A DNA stretch of 62,725 bases, counting the filler, from Nemertoderma westbladi (lineage: Eukaryota > Animalia > Xenacoelomorpha), in the NCBI GenBank assembly GCA_032718475.1. It is 3 parts of 3 records of this genome, joined end to end, with 100 filler letters (N's around TTAATTAATTAA, not from the genome) between each part and the next. Parts side by side here need not be neighbours in the genome. Positions count along the whole stretch, not along the records: positions 26,804 to 45,146 come from JAUCBJ010004563.1; positions 45,247 to 62,725 come from JAUCBJ010007702.1; 1 more part is not named here. One strand, given 5' to 3'. The translations under genes were made by a program, and so were the position numbers. Position 1 is the first letter of the stretch, and every line of letters starts with the position of its first letter. Under the pieces are notes generated by a model. That model searched no databases. It was not told where the DNA came from and saw nothing but the letters and a program-made list of their open reading frames with translations. Below, piece after piece: positions 40,021 through 51,335 of this stretch.

Positions 40021-40202
40021 ATTGTAATGTGTTGTTACAGTTTGCGTTGTTGGCGTGGCAATGTAGTAAATGCATTCATCGAAGTCTAAAATATGTGAAG
40101 TTTCAAAAAATTTAGTCATTTAATTTTGATGTTTGAGTTTGTTTTGGTTTGAGTTGTTGGCATGGTAATCATTGGTCGTGTTGGAAAAGCATTGATCGAA
40201 GT
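40021..40202 (-). pseudogene. Two decayed cbEGF pseudo-exon stubs
   Basis: Acceptors before 40085 and 40202 are followed by DFDEC..(frameshift)HCHANNANCNNT and DFDQCFSNTTNDYHANN. No donors. A further stub lies at 35323-35383. Confidence 0.6.
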
Positions 40203-40272
40203 CTAAAAAATTATTGAATGGAAAATTTTTGTATTGCAATTATAATTACTGTAATGTACAAACAGATTCTAT

Positions 40273-42590
40273 ATTTATTTTTATTTACTCTTTATTCCGC
40301 ACCAGGAGGCACATAGCTACAGAACAACATAACAAATACCTACTACATTACAGTATGCAGTAGGCCTACGTACAGCACAAAATATACACATTAATATGAT
40401 AATACTAAAAAATAATAATAAGTCTTAAAAGTGACGGTTTCACGAAACGAAAAACCGTGAGAATGGTCTGCAAGCAGAGTAAATGGTTCGCACCAAATCA
40501 TTCTGAGATTCACTGACCCGTTTAAAAAGGCTGTGTACAGATCTGCTGTGAATATGACACAGCATTGGCAGATTTAATGTGCCGAATGAGAGTGAGATAC
40601 TGGTCGGTTCATCGCCAGTAAGGCGAGAGATATTAAATAAAATACGAGCGCAATTATTATACGCAACTTGTATTTTATCGTATACACGTTGAGAATAACT
40701 TGAACGGGTCCACAGACTGTTACCATATAGGAGTACAAAATGCACGAAATAAGGAAGTCTTAACAGCAACGGAGGCATTGCCAAACTTCCTAACAAGGGT
40801 ATTCGCTCTAGCATACAATGAATGCATTTGATTAATGATGTCACAATCGTCATCAGTTGATGACGTAATTATATGTCCGAGATAGTTGAATGAATCCACT
40901 ATAGGAATATATGCTCCATATAATGTAATTTTAGTGCAACTCGTTAGAGAGAATGATTTCGGAATGAAGTACACACATTTAGTTTTCTTCACATTAAAAA
41001 TAATGGAGTTATTGTTAGCATAACTAACCGCTATGTTAACCAATTTCTGTAAGCCGACAATTGAGTTTGACAACAAACACAGATCGTCTGCATACAGTAA
41101 ATGGTTTATTCTAGTGGATCCAATCATACAGCCTACCCCGCTTGCATTAAAGATAATACTGAGGTCATCGACGTAGATATTATAGAATATCGGAGAAAGA
41201 ATTCTCCCCTGTCCAGTGCCATTGGTTACATGGAATGAGGCAGAGAGCACACCGTCCCAGCATACCTGCAGTAATTGAGTACGGTACCAGAACTTAATCA
41301 GACAAACTATATAAACAGGTACACCACGGTTAAGTAGTTTGTTGAAAAGGTTATAATGGTTAACGCGGTCGAATGCCTTGGAGGCATCGAGCATACAGAC
41401 ATAGACACACGAGTTGTGGGCCAGATAATAATTTACAATCTCCTTTAATGTGTACAGACACATTTCGGTACCTGACTTTGGTTTAAAGCCGAATTGATTA
41501 TTCGCGGTGGCAAGACACTCTATGCATCGAACCAAAATAACCTTTTCAACAAGCTTGCTGAATATAGTCGAAAAGGCAATGCCCCGATAATTATCCTTAC
41601 TGGTAAGGTCACCGGTTCTGTCCTTAACTAATGGTATAAGAGTTGACTCCATCATTGCTGACGGCAAATAACTGTGAATGAATACGGCATTAACTAAAAT
41701 GCAGATTGCACATACTAGATTATAGCCGAAGCCATATAAGAAATGTTCAGCAGACAGTCCATCAGGGCCAGTGGCCTTACCAGTAGGAAGGCTGTTAATA
41801 GCATCAACAACTTCCTTAAAAGATACCGAAGAGAAACCAAACTTAGAAATGTCATCTAAACGGCTATCAACTGATGCACTGCCGGTATCATCAGCCACAC
41901 AGTTATGTAACTCTTTGAAATGATTCATCCACATATTGCTAATATCAGTAGAGCCACAGCAACCGCCTACCTTATTAGGAAGGGGCGTTTTAGTGTCCTT
42001 GTGGCTACGGATTTGAGACCAAAAGTCTTTGGTTGAAGAGTCAGAAATCAAACTTTCAGCAATTTTTTCATTCCGAATAATAGATTCGTTTTTCTTGCAT
42101 TGTCGCAGAGCAAGTTTAAAGCGAGCTTTGCAACATGCATACTCATCAAAAATAGGTCCCCGCCGAGGGGCCCCACAGTTGCGCAACAGGGTAAAGGCTG
42201 ACCTAGATTGATTATATTTATCTTTCACATGGTCATTCCAACCAGGAATGTGTTTGTGCCCATGAGATGAATCATTTTTATTATTTTGTTTAATAAATGT
42301 TTCACTGGATTGAAGAAGAACTTTAACAATTTGCTGATAAAGATCATCAATGTCCGACTGATGAGACTGGCAGGACGGCTCTTTACAGTTAAATATATTA
42401 TTATTATTAATAACAGCACCAAGTAACTCATTTACTCTGCCTGCATAACCATTAATATCGTTCATATTATTATCCCAGTCATTGCGAATGGTGTAAACTT
42501 TGGAACAATTACTGTCATTGCAGCACGCAGTCGCTTGTACAACGGCTGCGCGCCATTGCATGACGATGGGCATATGATCGCGTTCGGAAA
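40273..42590 (-). mobile_element. CR1-group LINE (end of APE, RT, 3' UTR with AATAAA/A-rich tail)
   Basis: 617-aa ORF with HIPGWNDHVK, DNYRGIA, NQFGFK, LDASKAFDRV and LLYADDL; frameshifted C-terminus 40440-40853. A decayed APE may extend to ~43230. Confidence 0.9.
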
Positions 42591-44833
42591 GATTGTACTC
42601 AATTTTAATAGATTAAAAGGGGTGAACACGTACTGTCCCCCTTTCTTTGATTGATTGGTGGTGTGGGTAAATTTCTCAAAACCTGATTTTGTGATACAGT
42701 CGCTCAATTTTAATTTGTATCTCATAACTGGGCCTCGTGCTGCGCGAAGACCCCACGAACGTGTACTGTGTTGGAGTTCTGCATCCACAAAACCTATAAA
42801 GATAATTCTTATTATGGCTGCACCAAATGCCTCATTATGAAACAGCTAGCCGAGAATACCAGTGTGGGGACAATTACAGTTGTCAATGGAATTGTGACGA
42901 ACGATCCAGATTTTCCCGAGAACTACAACCGAAGCCACATGGATGTAACCTCCTGTCGATTCGAAAGCGACGGACGTATTCGCAAAACGCCATTTGTATG
43001 AGGTTCGAACAGAAGTGAGGACGAGTCGTAAGCGGCTGAGAGTTGCATTCGATAATGACCTCATTGAGGTAGACAATAAGTATGCGCGTTTTGGGATGGA
43101 CTGAGCTTACTTGTGCAATAAAAGAGATCATACAGTAAGTGGCACTTATAGGTACCATTCTCGTCGTCAATCTCTCTCACGTAATCGTCATCATGGCATT
43201 GCCAAGGATGTAACCATCTACAATACTGTATGTTGTGGTTTATCGCAACATTTTTTAGTAAAATAAAATAATATTGTTTAAATAAACTTGATGTCAATAT
43301 TTACATTAAAATAAAACGTACAGTATAATATTAAATGTTTCACTTCTAAACTTTTATAAACAGAAACTCTACCGATATAAAGATACACGTATGGTCCAAT
43401 CACATTGAAACCAGCTGATCGTTATAGCTCAAAATAAATCACCCATTACCAAAAAAAGTAAAGTACTGTAACCAGATGTCAATAAACAATAACCATCACC
43501 AATATAATAACGGTTAGTTCGTTGTCTTTCACTTTCATATTATAATGTGCAATGTGATACAACCAATTTGATAGAGTTAAATATAAATTATGGCACCACC
43601 ACACAATATTCTCGAGAAACTAATGAAGACGCAGTCTGGTGATAGATTCCTCCTCACTAATGACATTGCGGAAGGCTCAGTAGGCTAAACGAGATACCGA
43701 GATATGTCATTATTATATGTAGGTTTTTGCCCACAAATTCCGATCAATCAATTACTCAATCAATGGAGCTCAAAGAACTCATTTATTTATTAATCATATG
43801 ATTACATATTTATATACTCTATAGGCCTACAGTTTATCACATGAAACGTTTATTTGGAAATTTGGGGTTGAATTTGTATTAATTTTAATATAATTATTTT
43901 ATGGTAGTGATTTATTTTTATATGGCAAATATAAATTTAACGGCAGTAGCATAGCTAGTTTTGCTTTCATTTTCCATTTTTTCACGTGATTATGTAATTG
44001 TAGAGTTGAGGTTTTAGGCTGTAAATTTTCATCTACTCACTACTGGCTGATCTGTTTTGCTGTTATTTCAGTGTTCGGGTGTCGCTTATATTTTTTTTTA
44101 TTTTTTTTATACCTAATCAAACAGGACGAATGGTATGGATAGATTAAGTGTTGTTGTATACAGTATAAAAGAAAAATTGAAAAAATAAGGAGATGAGATT
44201 TTGTTAAAAAATTACTATTTGTTTATTTGTTATTATTTTGTTTGTAAGTAATACTTTCCTTTTACTTGTTATTTTATTGTAGCTGTAGTAAGATGTGAGT
44301 TGTAGTGAGTTGGCTTTTCTAATTTTTTGCAATATATTTTTTAGTATTACTTATTAGTATTTTAGTATTTAGTATTTTAGTTTGAGGTCAATTTTGATAC
44401 AGTTCCGCAATTTTGCGCCTGTATGTTTTAGTGACTTTTGTGTCGAAACTAAATTTGCTCGGGGAATGAATTAGATTCGTTGTAACGTATCTACGTACAG
44501 TAGTTTTGTAAATGTGAACCGTCGATGTCTGTCTGAAAATGGTCGTAATGAATAGTTGTTTTTTATTATTATTAATTTCCCACATTAAATTTTTCAAGTT
44601 AGTAAAGGACCTCAAATGGTAGAATATCTAATTGTTTATATCAAGTTTGTAAATGTCATCAAATCGGTGTCAGTGTCCAAAGAAGGGACCTTTAAGTTCA
44701 AATTTTCGAATTTCTGTTTATTGTAGAATTGTATTCTCCTATAAAAGGGGTCATTTTGTAAAAGCTTTTGCGGCAAAAATATATCTTTTTGGCCAATACG
44801 CGAATTACTCTTACCGCAGCAATATTTCAAGGT

Positions 44834-44834
<1 letters not shown>

Positions 44835-44897
<63 letters not shown>
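44835..44897. repeat. (GATT)n microsatellite
   Basis: About 15.5 pure units. Confidence 0.95.
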
Positions 44898-45146
44898 GTG
44901 AGCCTGTAAGGGCTCTTATATTTTGTTCCAGAATGACCGCACACAATTTACAGACAATATTTAAATAAACAGTAGTTCACAAAACAAATTAAAATATAAT
45001 TCACCTTGAGAGCATTTCAAATTTGTTTGTATGTTCTGCAATTTTTTTGTGTGCTATTATGTTTAAGTGCCCTGGCAGGAACTGACAGTAGCGGTAGCTA
45101 GTAATGCCGGTTCCTGCCATCGGTCAATCAGGGGTGGGTGGGGGAG

Positions 45147-45246
45147 NNNNNNNNNNNNNNNNNNNNNNNNNNNNNNNNNNNNNNNNNNNNTTAATTAATT
45201 AANNNNNNNNNNNNNNNNNNNNNNNNNNNNNNNNNNNNNNNNNNNN
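45147..45246. other. Artificial scaffold spacer (44N-TTAATTAATTAA-44N)
   Basis: Same structure as 26704-26803. Confidence 0.97.
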
Positions 45247-45347
45247 TGGGTGATAGGGAGTTGTGGCGGTGCAATTTTGTTGACAAGCCGGCACAGCATT
45301 CTTAAAAATGCAGCTGCAATGCAGCATGCCGATCCTAGTAGTACTAG
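45247..45347 (+). mobile_element. 3' end of an RTE LINE (same family as 24826-25860) abutting the satellite
   Basis: GDRELWRCNFVDKPAQHS*, then 3' UTR gcagctgcaatgcagcatgccgatc and a tagtagtactag tail. Confidence 0.85.
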
Positions 45348-48300
45348 TAGCTAACCTTATCTGTAACTCGCGTCCCCTACCATCTGGTACCGGCTTCCCC
45401 ACTACTAGCTCACATTATCTATAACTCGTGTCCCCTACCATCTGGTACCGGCTTCCCCACTACTAGCTAACCTTATCTGTAACTCGTGTCCCCTACCATC
45501 TGGTACCGGCTTCCCCACTACTAGATAACCTTATCTGTAACTTGTGTCCCGTACCATCTGGTACCGGCTTCCCCACTACTAGCTCACATTATCTATAACT
45601 CGTGTCCCCTACCATCTGGTACCGGCTTCCCCACTACTAGCTAACCTTATCTGTAACTCGTGTCCCCTACCATCTGGTACCGGCTTCCCCACTAATAGCT
45701 AACCTTATCTGTAACTCGCGTCCCCTACCATCTGGTACCGGCTTCCCCACTACTAGCTCACATTATCTGTAACTTGTGTCCCCTACCATCTGGTACCGGC
45801 TTCCCCACTACTAGCTAACCTTATCTGTAACTCGTGTCCCCTACCATCTGGTACCGGCTTCCCCACTCCTAGCTAACCTTATCTGTAACTCGTGCCCCCT
45901 ACCATCTGGTACCGGCTTCCCCACTACTAGCTAACCTTATCTGTAACTCGTGTCCCCTACCATCTGGTACCGGCTTCCCCACTAATAGCTAACCTTATCT
46001 GTAACTCGCGTCCCCTACCATCTGGTACCGGCTTCCCCCCTATTAGCTAACCTTATCTGTAACTTGTGTCCCCTACCATCTGGTACCGGCTTCCCCACTA
46101 ATAGCTAACCTTATCTGTAACTCGTGTCCCCTACCATCTGGTACCGGCTTCCCCACTAATAGCTAACCTTATCTGTAACTCGCGTCCCCTACCATCTGGT
46201 ACCGGCTTCCCCACTACTAGCTAACCTTATCTGTAACTTGTGTCCCCTACCATCTGGTACCGGCTTCCCCACTACTAGCTAACCTTATCTGTAACTCGTG
46301 TCCCCTACCATCTGGTACCGGCTTCCCCACTACTAGCTAACCTTATCTGTAACTCGTGTCCCCTACCATCTGGTACCGGCTTCCCCACTACTAGCTAACC
46401 TTATTACTTGTGTCCCGTACCATCTGGTACCGGCTTCCCCACTACTAGCTAACCTTATCTGTAACTCGTGTCCCCTACCATCTGGTACCGGCTTCCCCAT
46501 TACTAGCTCACCTTATCTGTAACTCGCGTCCCCTACCATCTGGTACCGGCTTCCCCACTAATAGCTAACCTTATCTGTAACTCGCGTCCCCTACCATCTG
46601 GTACCGGCTTCCCCACTAATAGCTAACCTTATCTGTAACTCGTGTCCCCTACCATCTGGTACCGGCTTCCCCATTACTAGCTCACCTTATCTGTAACTCG
46701 CGTCCCCTACCATCTGGTACCGGCTTCCCCACTAATAGCTAACCTTATCTGTAACTCGTGTCCCCTACCATCTGGTACCGGCTTCCCCATTACTAGCTCA
46801 CCTTATCTGTAACTCGCGTCCCCTACCATCTGGTACCGGCTTCCCCACTAATAGCTAACCTTATCTGTAACTCGTGTCCCCTACCATCTGGTACCGGCTT
46901 CCCCACTACTAGCTAACCTTATCTGTAACTTGTGTCCCCTACCATCTGGTACCGGCTTCCCCACTACTAGCTAACCTTATCTGTAACTCGTGTCCCCTAC
47001 CATCTGGTACCGGCTTCCCCACTACTAGCTAACCTTATCTGTAACTCGCGTCCCCTACCATCTGGTACCGGCTTCCCCACTAATAGCTAACCTTATCTGT
47101 AACTCGCGTCCCCTACCATCTGGTACCGGCTTCCCCACTAATAGCTAACCTTATCTGTAACTCGTGTCCCCTACCATCTGGTACCGGCTTCCCCACTACT
47201 AGCTAACCTTATCTGTAACTTGTGTCCCCTACCATCTGGTACCGGCTTCCCCACTACTAGCTAACCTTATCTGTAACTCGTGTCCCCTACCATCTGGTAC
47301 CGGCTTCCCCACTACTAGCTAACCTTATCTGTAACTCGCGTCCCCTACCATCTGGTACCGGCTTCCCCATTACTAGCTCACCTTATCTGTAACTCGCGTC
47401 CCCTACCATCTGGTACCGGCTTCCCCACTACTAGCTAACCTTATCTGTAACTCGTGTCCCCTACCATCTGGTACCGGCTTCCCCACTACTAGCTAACCTT
47501 ATCTGTAACTCGTGTCCCCTACCATCTGGTACCGGCTTCCCCACTACTAGCTAACCTTATCTGTAACTCGTGTCCCCTACCATCTGGTACCGGCTTCCCC
47601 ACTACTAGCTAACCTTATCTGTAACTCGTGTCCCCTACCATCTGGTACCGGCTTCCCCACTACTAGCTAACCTTATCTGTAACTTGTGTCCCCTACCATC
47701 TGGTACCGGCTTCCCCACTACTAGATAACCTTATCTGTAACTTGTGTCCCCTACCATCTGGTACCGGCTTCCCCACTACTAGCTAACCTTATCTGTAACT
47801 TGTGTCCCCTACCATCTGGTACCGGCTTCCCCACTAATAGCTAACCTTATCTATAACTCGTGTCCCCTACCATCTGGTACCGGCTTCCCCACTACTAGCT
47901 AACCTTATCTATAACTCGTGCCCCCTACCATCTGGTACCGGCTTCCCCACTAATAGCTAACCTTATCTGTAACTCGTGTCCCCTACCATCTGGTACCGGC
48001 TTCCCCACTACTAGCTAACCTTATCTGTAACTTGTGTCCCCTACCATCTGGTACCGGCTTCCCCACTAATAGCTAACCTTATCTGTAACTCGCGTCCCCT
48101 ACCATCTGGTACCGGCTTCCCCACTACTAGCTAACCTTATCTGTAACTCGTGTCCCCTACCATCTGGTACCGGCTTCCCCACTACTAGCTAACCTTATCT
48201 GTAACTCGTGTCCCCTACCATCTGGTACCGGCTTCCCCACTACTAGCTAACCTTATCTGTAACTCGTGTCCCCTACCATCTGGTACCGGCTTCCCCACTA

Positions 48301-50820
48301 CTAGCTAACCTTATCTGTAACTCGTGTCCCCTACCATCTGGTACCGGCTTCCCCACTACTAGCTAACCTTATCTGTAACTCGTGTCCCCTACCATCTGGT
48401 ACCGGCTTCCCCACTACTAGCTAACCTTATCTGTAACTCGTGTCCCCTACCATCTGGTACCGGCTTCCCCACTACTAGCTAACCTTATCTGTAACTTGTG
48501 TCCCCTACCATCTGGTACCGGCTTCCCCACTACTAGATAACCTTATCTGTAACTTGTGTCCCCTACCATCTGGTACCGGCTTCCCCACTACTAGCTAACC
48601 TTATCTGTAACTTGTGTCCCCTACCATCTGGTACCGGCTTCCCCACTACTAGATAACCTTATCTGTAACTCGTGTCCCCTACCATCTGGTACCGGCTTCC
48701 CCACTACTAGCTAACCTTATCTGTAACTTGCGTCCCCTACCATCTGGTACCGGCTTCCCCACTACTAGCTAACCTTATCTGTAACTTGTGTCCCCTACCA
48801 TCTGGTACCGGCTTCCCCACTACTAGATAACCTTATCTGTAACTCGTGTCCCCTACCATCTGGTACCGGCTTCCCCACTACTAGCTAACCTTATTACTTG
48901 TGTCCCCTACCATCTGGTACCGGCTTCCCCACTACTAGCTAAACTTATCTGTAACTCGTGTCCCCTACCATCTGGTACCGGCTTCCCCACTACTAGCTAA
49001 CCTTATCTGTAACTTGTGTCCCCTACCATCTGGTACCGGCTTCCCCACTACTAGCTAACCTTATCTGTAACTCGCGTCCCCTACCATCTGGTACCGGCTT
49101 CCCCACTACTAGCTCACCTTATCTGTAACTCGTGTCCCCTACCATCTGGTACCGGCTTCCCCACTAATAGCTAACCTTATCTGTAACTCGCGTCCCCTAC
49201 CATCTGGTACCGGCTTCCCCACTACTAGCTCACCTTATCTGTAACTCGTATCCCCTACCATCTGGTACCGGCTTCCCCACTACTAGCTAACCTTATCTGT
49301 AACTCGTGTCCCCTACCATCTGGTACCGGCTTCCCCACTACTAGCTCACCTTATCTGTAACTCGTGTCCCCTACCATCTGGTACCGGCTTCCCCACTACT
49401 AGCTAACCTTATCTGTAACTCGTGTCCCCTACCATCTGGTACCGGCTTCCCCACTACTAGCTAACCTTATCTGTAACTCGTGTCCCCTACCATCTGGTAC
49501 CGGCTTCCCCACTACTAGCTAACCTTATCTGTAACTCGTGTCCCCTACCATCTGGTACCGGCTTCCCCACTACTAGCTCACCTTATCTGTAACTCGTGTC
49601 CCCTACCATCTGGTACCGGCTTCCCCACTACTAGTTAACCTTATCTGTAACTTGTGTCCCCTACCATCTGGTACCGGCTTCCCCACTACTAGCTAACCTT
49701 ATCTGTAACTTGTGTCCCCTACCATCTGGTACCGGCTTCCCCACTACTAGCTAACCTTATCTGTAACTCGTGTCCCCTACCATCTGGTACCGGCTTCCCC
49801 ACTACTAGCTAACCTTATCTGTAACTCGTGTCCCCTACCATCTGGTACCGGCTTCCCCACTACTAGTTAACCTTATCTGTAACTTGTGTCCCCTACCATC
49901 TGGTACCGGCTTCCCCACTACTAGCTAACCTTATCTGTAACTTGTGTCCCCTACCATCTGGTACCGGCTTCCCCACTACTAGCTAACCTTATCTGTAACT
50001 CGTGTCCCCTACCATCTGGTACCGGCTTCCCCACTACTAGTTAACCTTATCTGTAACTTGTGTCCCCTACCATCTGGTACCGGCTTCCCCACTACTAGCT
50101 AACCTTATCTGTAACTTGTGTCCCCTACCATCTGGTACCGGCTTCCCCACTACTAGTTAACCTTATCTGTAACTTGTGTCCCCTACCATCTGGTACCGGC
50201 TTCCCCACTACTAGCTAACCTTATCTGTAACTTGTGTCCCCTACCATCTGGTACCGGCTTCCCCACTACTAGCTAACCTTATCTGTAACTCGCGTCCCCT
50301 ACCATCTGGTACCGGCTTCCCCACTACTAGCTCACCTTATCTGTAACTCGCGTCCCCTACCATCTGGTACCGGCTTCCCCACTACTAGCTAACCTTATCT
50401 GTAACTCGTGTCCCCTACCATCTGGTACCGGCTTCCCCACTACTAGCTAACCTTATCTGTAACTCGTGTCCCCTACCATCTTGTACCGGCTTCCCCACTA
50501 CTAGCTCACCTTATCTGTAACTCGTGTCCCCTACCATCTGGTACCGGCTTCCCCACTAATAGCTAACCTTATCTGTAACTCGTGTCCCCTACCATCTGGT
50601 ACCGGCTTCCCCACTACTAGCTAACCTTATCTGTAACTCGTGTCCCCTACCATCTGGTACCGGCTTCCCCACTACTAGCTAACCTTATCTGTAACTCGTG
50701 TCCCCTACCATCTGGTACCGGCTTCCCCACTACTAGCTAACCTTATTACTTGTGTCCCCTACCATCTGGTACCGGCTTCCCCACTACTAGCTAACCTTAT
50801 CTGTAACTTGTGTCCCGTAC
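45348..50820. repeat. 58-bp satellite, about 94 copies
   Basis: Unit tagctaaccttatctgtaactcgtgtcccctaccatctggtaccggcttccccactac, with one KpnI site per typical unit. Confidence 0.98.
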
Positions 50821-50947
50821 GAATACCACGCCACCGCGGGTATAGGCATTCCCGAAGCCGTACATTTAACGGTCACGTTTCCATCGACTCCAGCCTGGAA
50901 TATTTCGTTTGCTTGTGGACGAATTATTTTTGGGGGATAAATTCGAC
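50796..50947 (-). CDS. Ig I-set domain exon (N-terminal half), phase 1 to 0
   Basis: tttttag|GT...; encodes (R)RIYPPKIIRPQANEIFQAGVDGNVTVKCTASGMPIPAVAWYSYGTQVTDK. Donor AAG|GTTAGC. Confidence 0.85.
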
Positions 50948-51335
50948 CTAAAAATATAGAAACCAAAGTTAGACAGTCAGTAAATGACTAATAAAAATTA
51001 ATGGCAGAAAATCATATCTTTTAGAATTTCCAAAAGCTACCTTAAAAATATATGTTGAAAACTGCATATACGTAATAGGAATATAATCATTTTTTATAAA
51101 GAATTTCAAAACAGTCAATATAAAATGAAAATATATTTTGTAAAAAACAGAAAAGTTATACCAAAAATTATATAGAGCTATCCATCGATTTAGTAGTTTA
51201 TATATTTGAAGTCCACATTTTGTTAATTTTTCTAAAATTTTATTAACCTTAGAAGTATAATATTTTATATATATTTACGAATATAAAATCTGTTATTGGA
51301 TTTAATTAACTCACAATTTAAAAAATAGGTAAAAT

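Noticed and set aside
42768-43001. Plus-strand ORF with CUB-like NGIVTNDPDFPENY
   Set aside because: No splice sites or full CUB pattern. The minus strand reads better as decayed APE of the adjacent CR1 element (LIVYL, LGKI, CPHTGILG, YTFV).
45070-45135. Twister-like GCCGGTTCC segment
   Set aside because: Explained by a simple hairpin tggcaggaac/gttcctgcca; twister pseudoknot partners are absent.
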